This document shows, piece after piece, positions 46,361 through 61,149 of a stretch of 64,000 bases of DNA; position 1 is the first letter of the stretch, and each line of letters opens with the position of its first letter. Both the position numbers and the translations under genes were made by a program. The DNA comes from an uncultured delta proteobacterium (GTDB lineage: Bacteria; Myxococcota; Myxococcia; Myxococcales; Myxococcaceae). The DNA is taken from positions 966,216 to 1,030,215 of the forward strand of contig CAVSWU010000003.1 of the NCBI GenBank assembly GCA_963731795.1. Direction: 5' to 3'. The notes beneath the pieces are model-generated. The model was not told the origin of the DNA and made no database searches. It saw only the letters and a list, made by a program, of their open reading frames with translations.

Positions 46361-47533
46361 ATGAGCGTTCGATTGGCACAGGCGGCGATTCCCCATACCG
46401 GCGCAGCGGTTCACGCCCCCAAGGCAGAGCCGAAGCGGGAGCAGGAGAAGCCCGGAGCCAGCAAGGCGTCCTCCGGGGGGGGCTCCGCGGCGAAGTCCGT
46501 GGCCAGCGGCAAGAGCGGAGGTGCCCAGGGAGCGCGGCAGCAGGAAGGGGCGGAGAACGGAGCCCAGCTCGGGGCACACACGGGTGGGGCAGACAGCCTC
46601 GCCGACACGCACGAGCCCCAGGCCCGGAGCCGGTTCAGCGTCATCCAGGGCGAGGGAGCCCACTCCACGCCGCAGGCGCAGGAGCAGGCGGCGCGCCCGG
46701 CTCCCCGGTTGGCGACGGCGCCGGAACTCCCGCAGGAGCACAAGGCGGAGGGCCGCGAGGGTTCTGGCTCCCGACAGGAGGTGCTCGAGGGCCGCGCGAG
46801 GCTGCGTGCCGCGCTGCTGGAGCGGCTCGCCCAGGGCATGGCAGATGTCGAGGAGCGGCTGAGCCAGTTCCTGAAGGCCCCGGGCAAGCTGGGCGTCGTC
46901 AACCTGTCCCTGGTGCTCAGCGAGAGCTCCATCACGTACGAGCTGTGGCAGGAGCCGAGCACCGTCCCCGAGCGTCGGGCTCGCATGGCGCTGACGCTGG
47001 GGCTCTCCGCGGAGGTGGAGGATGCCTCGCTGCTGCGGACGCTGATGGCCGAGGTGCATGAGGCCTTCATCGCCTTCCGGGCCAGCAGCTCCGGCCGAGA
47101 GTCCCTGCAGCGGTACGAGCAGGTGCTGCGCGGCTACGAGGCGGCGAAGGTGCTGCCCGTCGTGCCCGGCCACGACACGGGCCCCATGCTGGCCGAGCTC
47201 GCGCGGGTGGGGCTCACGCACGAGGCGGACTTCTCCCGCTCGCTGCTGGTGAACCCGCTGCTCCTCGCGGTGGGGCTCACCGCCGAGGAGGGTTCAGAAA
47301 CCCAGGTGATGATCGCGGGCCTGAGCGTGGCGCAGCTCGGCACGCTCGTGGCGCAGCTGCGCCAGGTCAACCCACGGCTCACCAACCACCAGGTGTGCCG
47401 GCTCCTGCTGCGCGCCACCACCGAACCGAAGAAGACCCTCCGCAAGTGCCTGGGCCAGGCCGAGCTGGAGCGGGTGCTGGAGTCCGCGTACCAGTTGCTG
47501 CGACTCCAGGTCTTCGAGCTGTTCTTCGTCTGA
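46361..47533 (+). CDS. hypothetical protein (disordered Gly/Ser/Ala-rich N-terminus, helical C-terminal domain)
   Basis: 390-aa intact ORF with GC3-rich coding signature. It is the last gene of the co-directional cluster. Confidence 0.5.
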   Translation: MSVRLAQAAIPHTGAAVHAPKAEPKREQEKPGASKASSGGGSAAKSVASGKSGGAQGARQQEGAENGAQLGAHTGGADSLADTHEPQARSRFSVIQGEGAHSTPQAQEQAARPAPRLATAPELPQEHKAEGREGSGSRQEVLEGRARLRAALLERLAQGMADVEERLSQFLKAPGKLGVVNLSLVLSESSITYELWQEPSTVPERRARMALTLGLSAEVEDASLLRTLMAEVHEAFIAFRASSSGRESLQRYEQVLRGYEAAKVLPVVPGHDTGPMLAELARVGLTHEADFSRSLLVNPLLLAVGLTAEEGSETQVMIAGLSVAQLGTLVAQLRQVNPRLTNHQVCRLLLRATTEPKKTLRKCLGQAELERVLESAYQLLRLQVFELFFV

Positions 47534-47573
47534 GTCACGCCCACCGGAGGTGGCCCGGTGGGCGAGCGATTCC

Positions 47574-48779
47574 TCAGCTCAGCGCGGCGACGAAGTCCTT
47601 CATCCGCGCCAGGCCCTTCTGGATCACCTCGCGCGAGGTGGCGAAGCTCAGCCGCAGGTAGCCCTCCGCTCCGAAGGGGGCTCCCGGCATCACCGCCACC
47701 CGGAAGTCGTCCAGGAGGATCTCGGACAGCCGCGACGAGGTGCCCACCGGCGTCGCCCTTGTACGAGCGCTTCAGCAGGCCCTGCACGTTGGGGAACACG
47801 TAGAACGCACCCTCGGGCGTGCGGCACCGCACTCCGTCCAGCGCGTTGAGCCCCGAGACGATCAGATCCCGGCGCGCGTGGAACTCCTCCACCATCTTGC
47901 CGATGAAGTCCGTCGGCCCCTTCAGCGCCGCCAGCGCCCGCCTTCTGCGCGATGGACGAGGGGTTGGACGTCGACTGGTCCTGGATCATCTGCATGCCCG
48001 GCGATGAGCGGCTTCGGCCCCGCCGCGTACCCCAGGCGCCAGCCCGTCATCGAGTACGCCTTGCTCATCCCGTTGACCACGACCAGCCGAGGCACCAGGT
48101 CCGGCGCCACGTTGGCGATGTTCAGGAACTGGCCCGCGTAGAGCAGCTTCTCGTAGATGTCGTCGCTGACGATCAGGCAGTCGTGCCCGCGCAGCGCCGC
48201 GGCGATGCCCTCCAGCGCGGCCCGCGAGAACACGGCGCCGCGTGGGGTTGCTGGGGCTGTTGAGCATGATGGCCCGCGTGCGCGGGGTGAGCGCGCGGCG
48301 GATGGCCTCCGGATCCGGCGCGAAGCCGTTCTCCTCGCGCGTCTCCACGATGACCGGGGCGCCCGCCGGCCAGCAGCACCATGTCCGGGTAGCTCACCCA
48401 GTACGGCGAGAGGATGATCACCTCGTCGCCCTCGTTCAGCAGCGCCTGGAAGATGTTGTAGAGCGAGTGCTTGGCGCCCACGGACACCAGCACCTGATCC
48501 GGCGCGTAGGTGAGCTGGTTGTCGCGCTGGAGCTTGTCGCAGATGGCCTCGCGCAGCTCCGGGATGCCCGCCGTCGGCGTGTACTTGGTGAAGCCCGCCT
48601 TCATGGCGTCGACGGCGGCCTGCTTGATGAACTCGGGCGTGTCGAAGTCCGGCTCGCCTGCGACGAAGCCCACCACGTCCACGCCCTGCGCCGCGAGCGC
48701 CTTGGCCGGGCGTTGAGGGCCAGGGTCGGGGACGGCTTGATGGCTTTGATGCGCTGTGCCAATTGCATGCCCGGTTGCT
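47574..48779 (-). pseudogene. aspartate/aromatic aminotransferase (class I PLP-dependent), ~6 frameshifts
   Basis: Conserved blocks appear in successive frames: 'AQGVDVVGFVAGEPDFDTPEFIK', 'SPSNPTG', 'MSKAYSMTGWRLGYAAGP' (PLP Lys), 'MQMIQDQSTSNPSSIAQKA', 'MVEEFHARRDLIV...' and 'RLSFATSREVIQKGLARMKDFVAALS*'. The frame steps 2>1>0>2>1>0, consistent with repeated +1 insertions. Confidence 0.75.
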
Positions 48780-48819
48780 ACCGCGAGGACGCCCGGGCGG
48801 ACAAGCACTACGAGCTGCA

Positions 48820-50965
<2,146 letters not shown>

Positions 50966-51049
50966 CGGCCGGCGAGGATGGTCCGACTCCTCGGCCTCCG
51001 CAAGACAACTGCGCATCGAGCGTCGGCTCCCCGCCGCTCGGGGGCCCCT

Positions 51050-52090
51050 TCAGTGCACCTCGCCCACGTGGGCGTAGGTCTCGCTCTCGATCTGGATGGT
51101 GGTGTGATCGATGCCGAACCGATCGAACAGCTCGTGCTTCACCGCCGAGAGGATCTCGTCGTTGTTGCAGGCCATCGGCGTTCGACCACCACCAGGTGCA
51201 CCGAGAGCGCGTACAGCCCGCTGGAGATGGTCCACACGTGCAGATCGTGCACCGCCGCTCACCGCCCTGGACCTTCATCAGCAGGATCTGCGCACCGGCC
51301 TCCATGTCCACGTGCGCGGGCACCGCCTCCAGCAGCACGTCCACCGCGTCGCGCACCAGCCGGAGCGAGCCCACCACGATCACCACCGAGATGAGCACCG
51401 AGATGAGCGGGTCCACCACGTACCAGCCCGTGAGCGCCATGATCGCCCGCGCGCCACGAGCACGCCCACGCTGGACAGCGTGTCCCCCAGCACGTGCAGG
51501 AACGCCCCGCGCACGTTGAGCGAGTGCGCGCGGTGCAGGAAGCGCCAGCGCGCGCCAGGTTCGCCACCAGGCCCACCGCGGCCACCACCGCCATGGGCCC
51601 CAGGTCCACCGGCGCCGGGGTGCGGAAGCGCTCCCAGGCCTCCACGAGGATCACCGCGGTGATCCCCAGCAGCAGCACGCCGTTGAACAGCGCGCTGAGG
51701 ATCTCCATCCGGTAGTAGCCGTAGGTCTTCTTGACGGTTCGCCGGCTTGCCCGAGAACCACAGCGCCAGCAGGCTCAGCGCCAGCGCGGACACGTCCGTC
51801 AGCATGTGGCCGGCGTCGGACATCAACGCCAGCGAGTTGGTGAGGTAGCCGCCCACCGCCTCGGCCAGGGCGATGGTGGCCGTGAGGATCAGCGCGAACA
51901 GCAGCCGGTTGCGATCCTTGCGCCGCTCGTCCGCCAGGTTGGTCGGCCTCCGAGGCGGGTGCCCGTGCCCATGCCCGTGCCCATGCCTATGGCCGTGCCC
52001 ATGATCATGGTCGTGATCGTGGCCCGAATGATCATCTCCGCCGCTGTGGGCCTGCCTCGATCCGCCACGGGTATGCGCCGATGTAGTCAC
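51050..52090 (-). pseudogene. cation diffusion facilitator (CzcD-like) transporter with His-rich N-terminus, three or more frameshifts
   Basis: His-rich 'HDHDHDHGHGHRHGHGHGHGH', TM blocks ('LTNSLALMSDAGHMLTD', 'RMEILSALFNGVLLLGITAVIL', 'LHVLGDTLSSVGVLVA') and a C-terminal 'HDLHVW'-like region ending 'FGIDHTTIQIESETYAHVGEVH*' lie across four frames. Confidence 0.7.
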
Positions 52091-52204
52091 GGGAGAGAAC
52101 CCTGGGGACAGCACGCCGCTCTCAGTATATGAGCACTGACGAAAAATCGGACACCCTGGGAGTCTCGAGGTGTCCTGAGCCGCGACACCGGCACGAGGAG
52201 CGGG

Positions 52205-53785
<1,581 letters not shown>

Positions 53786-53789
53786 GCCC

Positions 53790-54716
53790 ATGAGCCACTA
53801 CTTCCGTCAGGACTACCTCCGTGTCCCCGATGAGGCCGCGCTCTACTTCCAGGTCATCGGCGAGGGCGAGCCAGGCATGGTGCTGTGCGATGGGCTCGGC
53901 TGCGATGGCTTCGCGTGGAAGTACCTGACGCCCTACCTCTCCCGGCACCACCGCGTGCTGCGCTGGCACTACCGCGGCCACGGCCGCTCGGGGCTGCCGA
54001 GGGATCGCTCCCGCTTCGGGATGCTCTACACCTGCGAGGATCTGGACCGCCTGATGGACGCGGCGGAGCTGAAGCAGGGGGTCATCTTCGGCCACTCCAT
54101 GGGCGTGCAGGTGGCGCTCGAGTTCCACCGCCGCTACGCGCACCGTGTCCGAGGGCTGGTGCTCATCTGCGGCAGCTACGGCAACCCGCTCGACACGTTC
54201 CACGACACCACCTACCTCAAGCGCGTCTTCCCCCTCATCCGCCACCTCGTGGAGCGCTACCCCGAGCGGGCCGGGCGGCTGATCCACTCGCTGCTGAGGA
54301 CCGAGCTGGCCATGCAGGTGGCCCTCACCGTGGAGGTGAACCGGGATCTGCTCTCCCGCGCGGACTTCGCCCCCTACTTCGAGCACCTGGCCCACATGGA
54401 TCCGGTGGTCTTCGTCCGGACGCTGGACTCGATGGCGAACCACACCGCGTGGGATCACCTGCCCCACGTGGATGTGCCCACGCTCATCATCGCGGGCGAG
54501 AAGGACAAGTTCACCCCGGCCTGGCTCTCCCGGAAGATGGCCGAGCACATCCCCGACTCCGAGCTGATGCTCGTCCCCCTGGGCACCCACACCACCCCCC
54601 TGGAGTACCGGGAGCTGGTGGAGCTGAGGATCGAGCGCTTCCTCCGCGATCGGCTGGGCATCCACATCCCGGCGAGCCCTCGCCTGCTCCCCGGAGAAGA
54701 CGCCACGCCCCGGTAG
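53790..54716 (+). CDS. alpha/beta-fold hydrolase
   Basis: Nucleophile elbow 'GHSMG' and a C-terminal His. It starts 5 nt after the activator gene's stop (operon). Confidence 0.8.
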   Translation: MSHYFRQDYLRVPDEAALYFQVIGEGEPGMVLCDGLGCDGFAWKYLTPYLSRHHRVLRWHYRGHGRSGLPRDRSRFGMLYTCEDLDRLMDAAELKQGVIFGHSMGVQVALEFHRRYAHRVRGLVLICGSYGNPLDTFHDTTYLKRVFPLIRHLVERYPERAGRLIHSLLRTELAMQVALTVEVNRDLLSRADFAPYFEHLAHMDPVVFVRTLDSMANHTAWDHLPHVDVPTLIIAGEKDKFTPAWLSRKMAEHIPDSELMLVPLGTHTTPLEYRELVELRIERFLRDRLGIHIPASPRLLPGEDATPR

Positions 54717-54809
54717 CGGAGGGGCTGGAGGCCTGGGGGGCGCCCTTGGGGGTGGGTATCCGCTGCCTCGCCCGGGGGGCCTCGAAAGCAAGCAAAGTGC
54801 CGGCGTTCA

Positions 54810-54839
54810 TTGCGGAAGGGGGGGCTGCGGCATATAAGC
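54810..54839 (+). promoter_or_regulatory. sigma70-type promoter candidate TTGCGG-N18-TATAAG upstream of typA
   Basis: It has a consensus-like -35 and a TATAAG -10, ~85 nt upstream of ATG 54924. Confidence 0.3.
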
Positions 54840-54923
54840 CCCCGCCTCGTGCGTTCCGGTGGGATTCAGGGAGTTCCTGTTCCACGGAAGGCCCTGCCCC
54901 TTCAGCTCAGAATCTTCGTCCGT

Positions 54924-56765
54924 ATGATCGCTCGCGAAAACATCCGTAATGTCGCCATCGTCGCCCACGTCGACCATGGCAAGACCACCCTCGTCGACCA
55001 CATGCTCCGCCAGGCGGGCATCTTCCGCACCAACGAGGCCGTCGTTGAACGCGTGATGGACTCGAATGACCTCGAGCGCGAGAAGGGCATCACCATCCTC
55101 GCGAAGAACACGGCCGTCACCTACAAGGGCAAGCAGATCAACATCATCGACACGCCGGGCCACGCGGACTTCGGCGGCGAGGTGGAGCGCGGCCTGCGCC
55201 TGGTGGATGGCGTCATCCTCCTGGTGGACGCCGCCGAGGGCCCCCTGCCCCAGACGCGCTTCGTGCTCAGCAAGGCGCTGGGCATGGGCCTGAAGACGGT
55301 GCTCGTCATCAACAAGATCGACCGCCAGGACGCTCGGGCCAAGGAAGTGCTCGATCAGGTCTACTCGCTCTACATCGATCTGGGCGCGGATGACACGCAG
55401 CTCGAGATGCCGGTGCTCTACACGATTGCTCGCCAGGGCCAGGCGTCGCTGAAGCTGGAGGAGCCCGGCAAGACGCTGGAGCCGCTCTTCACGGCCATCC
55501 TCGAGCACATCTCTCCCCCGCCCGTGAGCGAGGAGACGGTGCCGCAGCTGCTGGTGGCCAACCTGGACTACGACGACTACGTGGGCCGCCTCGCGGTGGG
55601 CCGCATCCTGTCGGGCAAGCTCACCCCGAACATGCCCGTGTCCGTGGTGCGCGAGGGCGGCAGGATCGAGAAGGGCAAGATCGTCAAGCTGTACGGCTTC
55701 CAGGGGCTCAAGCGCACCGAGATCGCCGACGCCGGCCCGGGAGAGATCGTCTCCATCGCGGGCATCGAGGACATCTCCATCGGTGACACCATCTCGGATC
55801 CGGAGCGGCCGGTGGCCCTGCCCCGCATCACCGTGGAAGAGCCCACGATGATGATGATCTTCCGGGTGAACGACGGGCCGCTGGCGGGCAAGGAGGGCAA
55901 GTACGTCACCTCCCGCCAGCTGCGCGAGCGCCTCTACCGCGAGTCCTACCGCAACGTGGCCATCCGCGTGGAGGACACGGCCACGCCGGACGCCTTCAAG
56001 GTGGTGGGCCGCGGCGAGCTCCAGCTCGCGGTCATCATCGAGACGATGCGCCGCGAGGGCTACGAGCTGACCGCCTCCAACCCGGAGCCGCTCACGAAGA
56101 CGATCGAGGGCCAGGTCCACGAGCCGATGGAGCTGCTGGTGTGCGACGTGCCCGAGGGCAGCGTGGGCGTCGTCACCGAGCGGCTGGGGCCTCGCAAGGG
56201 CCGCATGGTGGACATGACGCAGCTGGGCTCGGGCCGCACGCGGCTCCAGTTCCGGATTCCCGCGCGCGGCCTCATCGGCTTCCGCTCGGAGTTCCTCACC
56301 ATCACCCGCGGTGAGGGCATCATGAGCAGCCAGTTCGACGGCTACGAGCCGTGGTTCGGCTACATCCCGAAGCGCAGCAACGGGGCGATGGTGTCCGACC
56401 GCCTGGGCGAGACGGTGCCCTACGCGCTGTTCAGCATCCAGGAGCGCGGGGCGCTCTTCGTGGGCCCGGGCGTGACGGTGTACGAGGGGATGATCATCGG
56501 CGAGCACGCCCACCCCTCCGAGCTGAACGTCAACTGCTGCCGCGAGAAGAAGCTCACCAACATCCGCGCCGCGGGCCGAGACGAGAACGTCATCCTCACC
56601 CCGCCGCGAGAGATGGGGCTGGAGAAGGCGCTGGAGTGGATCGCCGACGACGAGCTGGTGGAGGTGACGCCCAAGTCGGTGCGCCTGCGCAAGAAGGCGC
56701 TCGCGGTGGGCGAGCGCTACCGCGCCGAGCGAGACCGCAAGCGCGAGGAGCGCGAAGAGGCGTAA
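54924..56765 (+). CDS. typA: translational GTPase TypA/BipA
   Basis: G1 '[10 protein letters not shown]', G3 'DTPGHADF', G4 'NKID', EF-G-like domains and the BipA C-terminal domain. 613 aa. Confidence 0.9.
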   Translation: MIARENIRNVAIVAHVDHGKTTLVDHMLRQAGIFRTNEAVVERVMDSNDLEREKGITILAKNTAVTYKGKQINIIDTPGHADFGGEVERGLRLVDGVILLVDAAEGPLPQTRFVLSKALGMGLKTVLVINKIDRQDARAKEVLDQVYSLYIDLGADDTQLEMPVLYTIARQGQASLKLEEPGKTLEPLFTAILEHISPPPVSEETVPQLLVANLDYDDYVGRLAVGRILSGKLTPNMPVSVVREGGRIEKGKIVKLYGFQGLKRTEIADAGPGEIVSIAGIEDISIGDTISDPERPVALPRITVEEPTMMMIFRVNDGPLAGKEGKYVTSRQLRERLYRESYRNVAIRVEDTATPDAFKVVGRGELQLAVIIETMRREGYELTASNPEPLTKTIEGQVHEPMELLVCDVPEGSVGVVTERLGPRKGRMVDMTQLGSGRTRLQFRIPARGLIGFRSEFLTITRGEGIMSSQFDGYEPWFGYIPKRSNGAMVSDRLGETVPYALFSIQERGALFVGPGVTVYEGMIIGEHAHPSELNVNCCREKKLTNIRAAGRDENVILTPPREMGLEKALEWIADDELVEVTPKSVRLRKKALAVGERYRAERDRKREEREEA

Positions 56766-56770
56766 CCGCG

Positions 56771-57334
56771 TCACCTCGCCCAGAGCGCTCCCAGCTCCAG
56801 GGCGATCGCCTCGAAGGGCTCGGCACGCACGTCCACCGTTCCCACGTGCGTGCCCAGCAGCCACCAGCGCCCGCCCTCCAGCCGGTACACCTCCAGCGTC
56901 TGTGCCGCTGGGTCCACGAGCCATAGGTGTTTCACGCCTTCGCGCGCGTAGACGCCCATCTTCCGTCCACGGTCCAGCGCCGTCGTGGACGGCGAGAGCA
57001 CCTCGCACGCCCAGTCCGGCGAGAGCGTGATGCCCACCGTGTCTGGCACCTCCGGCATGCGCTCGCGCCGCCACCCGGCCAGATCTGGCACGAGCACATC
57101 CCGCGCCAGATGGAGTTCCGGCTCGAAGAGAATCACCCAGCCCCCAGGCCCGCCCTTGCCCCGCCCAAACGGCCCCACCAGCTCGTCTGCCAGCATGGAG
57201 GTCGCAAAGGCGTGCCTCACAGCAGGCCTGGGGCTCACGTAGAGCTCGCCTCCCACCAACTCACCTATGACGTTGGGTGGAAGCTTCTCCAGATCCTCGT
57301 ACGTCGCTCCGCGCCGAGGTGGCTGGTCACTCAT
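56771..57334 (-). CDS. Uma2 family endonuclease (second paralogue)
   Basis: ~65% protein identity to 34803..35357 ('FEPELHLARDVLVPDLAGW', 'SPDWACEVLSPST'). Confidence 0.7.
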   Translation of the reverse strand: MSDQPPRRGATYEDLEKLPPNVIGELVGGELYVSPRPAVRHAFATSMLADELVGPFGRGKGGPGGWVILFEPELHLARDVLVPDLAGWRRERMPEVPDTVGITLSPDWACEVLSPSTTALDRGRKMGVYAREGVKHLWLVDPAAQTLEVYRLEGGRWWLLGTHVGTVDVRAEPFEAIALELGALWAR

Positions 57335-57516
57335 GCTCACAGGATGCGGTGCTCCCTCTGTAACTGCAAGCCCCTGCCCCCACTCCACGCCCATTCCGTT
57401 GTTCATGCGCCCATGATGGATCCTACCTCTGACATCCTATCACCCGACAGGACGTGCGCACCTCCATCCGCGCTTCCCCGCGCGCCGCTGGCATCCCTGA
57501 ACGGCGCTCGAGCCTC

Positions 57517-58989
57517 TCAGAACGCCGCGATCTGGCCGGCGCCCACGCAGACCCTGCCTCGGCCCGCCCGCTTCGCCGCGTAGAGGTTCGCATCCGCCGT
57601 CGCCAGCAGCGCGCTAGGGTCCGGACAGTCCTCGGGCCAGCTGGCGACTCCCACGCTCAGCGACAGCCCCTTCGCGCGCGCCTGCTGCCCGATGCGTGTG
57701 GCGATCCCCGCCGCCGCGTCTCGCTGACAACCCGGGAGCACCACCACGAACTCATCTCCTCCGAACCGGGCCACCGCGTCCGTCGGACGGAGCGACGATC
57801 GGAGCAGCGCGCTCACCTCCCGCAGCGCCTCGTCTCCCGCCTGGTGCCCAAGGGTGTCGTTCAGGTTCTTGAACCAGTCGAGATCGATGACCATCAGCGC
57901 GCAGGCCTCGTTCGTCATCAGGCAGCGCTGGCGCTCCTGCTCCAGCCGCGCCTCCAGCGCCCGGCGGTTCAGCGTCCCCGTGAGCGCATCCTGACGCGCC
58001 ATCGCCTCCACCCGGTGCAGCAGCGCGAGGTTCTCCCAGATGAGGGCGATCTGATCGATGTAGAAGCGTATGAAGCGCATCTGCCCGGCCGACACCGAGG
58101 AGCCACTGTAGAGGTTGTCCGCGAAGATCAGCCCCCGCCGCCTGCCGTGGAGCTGGATGACCGCGAGGACGAACTGGCCCGCCGGCGAGAGCCGCTCCAG
58201 GGACGCGTTCTCCAGCCGCTCCCGGGTGAAGAGCAGCGGCCCTGGCGCGGCGCAAGCCTCGGCGACCTCGTGGCTCTCGGTCAGTTCGAGCGTCTGGACG
58301 TATTGCTGGAAGCGCGTGTCGAAGTTGCGCTGGGCGCAGGCCTCGATCTGTTGCTCGATCGTCTGGGACTCGTACTCGATGGCCTCCCAGATGCGGTGGG
58401 CCTCGTCGGCGTCCGCGGGGCCAATGGCCTTCGAGCCGACAAAGCGCGCCCGCACCTCGTCATGCAGGAAGAGCGCGACGCGGTTGAACCCGAGCGCCTC
58501 GCCCGAGGTGATCCCCGAGAGCATGACGTAGAGCGCCTGATCGAGATCGCTCGCCCGGAGCATGTGGTGCGTGAGGCTGCGCAGCACCTCCAGGTTGGAG
58601 GACTGGAAGGCGAAGGCCTCGAGCACCAGGGCGAAGTGCTCCTTGTCGAGCATCTCGCCGAGCACCCAGCGGGCTGTCTCGAGGATGCCCTGGGAGAGCT
58701 CGTGGTCCCCGAGCTCGCACCGCCGAGAGCCCCGCCGGACGATGACACGCGCGGGCTGGCCATCGGAGTGAAACGAGAGGCGTTCGAGCCTCAGCGCCGG
58801 CGCATGAAGCGCGAGCTTGAGGAACTGCCGGGCCGTGAGCGGAATGGAAGCGGGATCCGCGGGGAGGTCGGCGTCCAGGCTCAGCGGCACGGGCAGGTGG
58901 TCGAACACATCCCGCAGGTAGGACGGCACGGAGGCCATCCGCACCGGCCGGTCGAGCACTGCGGGGAGCGCAGCTCGGGACTCGCTCAT
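57517..58989 (-). CDS. diguanylate cyclase (N-terminal GAF-like sensory domain plus GGDEF)
   Basis: 'RFGGDEFVVVLPG' GGDEF motif, an inhibitory-site-like RxxD, and an N-terminal ~300-aa GAF-like region. Confidence 0.8.
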   Translation of the reverse strand: MSESRAALPAVLDRPVRMASVPSYLRDVFDHLPVPLSLDADLPADPASIPLTARQFLKLALHAPALRLERLSFHSDGQPARVIVRRGSRRCELGDHELSQGILETARWVLGEMLDKEHFALVLEAFAFQSSNLEVLRSLTHHMLRASDLDQALYVMLSGITSGEALGFNRVALFLHDEVRARFVGSKAIGPADADEAHRIWEAIEYESQTIEQQIEACAQRNFDTRFQQYVQTLELTESHEVAEACAAPGPLLFTRERLENASLERLSPAGQFVLAVIQLHGRRRGLIFADNLYSGSSVSAGQMRFIRFYIDQIALIWENLALLHRVEAMARQDALTGTLNRRALEARLEQERQRCLMTNEACALMVIDLDWFKNLNDTLGHQAGDEALREVSALLRSSLRPTDAVARFGGDEFVVVLPGCQRDAAAGIATRIGQQARAKGLSLSVGVASWPEDCPDPSALLATADANLYAAKRAGRGRVCVGAGQIAAF

Positions 58990-59181
58990 GGGGCTCAGCG
59001 TGGCAGAGCTTCCGGTCGAAAGGAAAGCGTGCTGCCTACCTTCCCCGGCGTTGAGTGCGCTGCCACGTCTCGCGCCCGGACATCAGCTCGGGTTCACCCG
59101 CCCTCTCCGGGCGAACGGCCTGGGGCTCGCTGCCGTCCCGGAACGCGTGTCCACCCTGAAACTGAACCCCGGGAGGACGTC

Positions 59182-59631
59182 ATGAAGGCGCTCGCACCGA
59201 TTGGCCGGCTGCTCTTCTCGGCCATCTTCATCTTCAGCGGCGTGAACCACTTCATCCATGTCAACCAGATGGTGGGCGCCGTCCAGAGCGCGGGGATCCC
59301 GGCGCCGCGGCTCGCCATCCTGGGCTCGGGGGCCATCATCCTCGTCGGTGGTATCTGCGTGCTGCTGGGGATCTTCGCCCGGCTGAGCGCGGTGCTCCTG
59401 GCGCTCTTCCTGCTGGCCACCGCCTTCACGATCCACCGCTTCTGGGGGATCGCGGATCCTCAGATGGCCCAGGACCAGATGGGCCACTTCATGAAGAACA
59501 TCGCCATGGCTGGTGGAGCCTTGATCCTCGCCTACTTCGGCCCGGGCCCCTTCAGCCTCCGAGCGCGGAAGGGGGTGGAAGCACCGCGCCCGGGCTTCGC
59601 CTACCCCCTCCGCCAGCGCCCTCAGGAGTAG
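59182..59631 (+). CDS. DoxX family membrane protein
   Basis: 149 aa with 4 TM helices, 'LFSAIFIFSGVNHF' typical of DoxX, and a GGGAGGA RBS. Confidence 0.75.
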   Translation: MKALAPIGRLLFSAIFIFSGVNHFIHVNQMVGAVQSAGIPAPRLAILGSGAIILVGGICVLLGIFARLSAVLLALFLLATAFTIHRFWGIADPQMAQDQMGHFMKNIAMAGGALILAYFGPGPFSLRARKGVEAPRPGFAYPLRQRPQE

Positions 59632-59656
59632 CGCCGAGCCTCGCCACGCCCCCCGC

Positions 59657-61067
59657 CTACGCGGGGACCGGGACCGAAGGCGGGGAGCTGGGAGTGGCTT
59701 CGCCGCGCGGAGCAGCAGGCGCCGCGGAGGCCACGGGCGCCACGGGCGCTGCGGGCGCCACGGGGGCCAAGGCCGTCTCGCCCACCGTCTCGTCATGCTG
59801 GCTCAGATCGAGCCCCTGCTCCTCGGCCTCGTGCGTGACGCGCAGCGGGACGATGAGGTCCACCAGCTTGTAGAGCAGGTAGGAGCCGACGAAGGAGAAG
59901 ACGGAGACGATCACCAGCGCCAGCATGTGCATGAGGAAGGTGTGCGGCTTGCCATGGATGAGCCCCACGTCCTTGGCCAGCACGCCCGTGAGCACCATGC
60001 CCACCACGCCGCCCAGCCCGTGGCAGGGGAACACGTCCAGCGTGTCGTCCACGGCGGTGCGGCTCTTGAAGTGCACCGCGACGTTGCTGACCACGCTCGC
60101 CACCAGGCCCACCATGATGCTCTGGCCCACGGTGATGTAGCCGGCCGCCGGAGTCACCGCCACCAGCCCCACCACGGCGCCCACGCAGGCGCCCATGGCG
60201 CTCGGCTTGCGGCCGCGCAGCCAGTCGAAGGCGAGCCACCCCAGCATCGCGGCGGCGGAGGCCGTGTTGGTGGTCGCGAAGGCGAGCGTCGCCAGCGACG
60301 TGGCGGACAGCGCCGAGCCCGCGTTGAAGCCGAACCAGCCGAACCACAGCATGCCCGTCCCCAGCATGCACGAACGGGAGGTTGGCCGGGGTGTGGGTGG
60401 CGTGCTCCAGGTGCGCGCGCCGCCGGCCGAGCACCAGCGCGCCCGCCAGCGCCGCGAAGCCCGCGGACATGTGCACCACCGTGCCGCCCGCGAAGTCGAG
60501 CACGCCCCACTTGCGCAGGAAGCCATCCGGGTGCCACGTCCAGTGCGCCAGCGGCGCGTAGATGAACAGGCTGAAGAGCACCATGAAGATCACGTACGCC
60601 TTGAAGCGCACGCGCTCGGCGAACGCGCCCGTGATCAGGGCGGGCGTGATGATGGCGAACTTCAGCTGGAACAGCGCGAAGAGCATCAGCGGGATGGTGG
60701 GCGCCAGATCCGGATGGGTCTCGCCGCCCACGCCGTTGAACATGAAGAAGGTGCGCGGATCACCGATCAGCCCGTGGATGCTGTCCCCGAAGCTGAGGCT
60801 GAATCCCACAACCACCCACAGCAGGCTGATGACCGCCATGGCCATGAAGCTCTGCATCAGCGTGGACACGACGTTCTTCAGCCGCACCATGCCGCCGTAG
60901 AAGAACGACAGGCCCGGCGTCATCAGCAGCACCAGCGCCGTCGCCGTGAGGATCCATGCCGTGTCGGCCGCGTTGATGGGTCCCCCCTGCTTCACCTGGG
61001 CCGCCGGTTCCACCAGGCCCAACACTGCCACCCCTGCCAGGACCGCTACCGCCAGCCACTTCTTCAT
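59657..61067 (-). pseudogene. amt: ammonium transporter (Amt family) with Ala/Pro-rich C-terminal tail, one frameshift
   Basis: N-terminal half (signal, 'LLMTPGLSFFYGG') is in ORF 59793..61127. After 'NLPFV' (~60365) the conserved 'MLGTGMLWFGWFGFNAGS' continues in ORF 59657..60526. Length minus 1 gives 470 codons. Confidence 0.8.
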
Positions 61068-61116
61068 GATGCCTCCAGCACTTGAGTCGACGCGACGCAT
61101 CATGACAATCGTCCAG

Positions 61117-61149
61117 CTTAATTTCAATCCCCATTGCTCTTAATTTCAA
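61117..61149. promoter_or_regulatory. two exact 11-bp direct repeats (TTGAAATTAAG on the amt strand, 22-bp periodicity) in an AT-rich amt leader
   Basis: An AT-rich (~40% GC) block 50-80 bp upstream of the amt start. Repeats are at ~61117-61127 and ~61139-61149 (+/-1). Confidence 0.3.
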
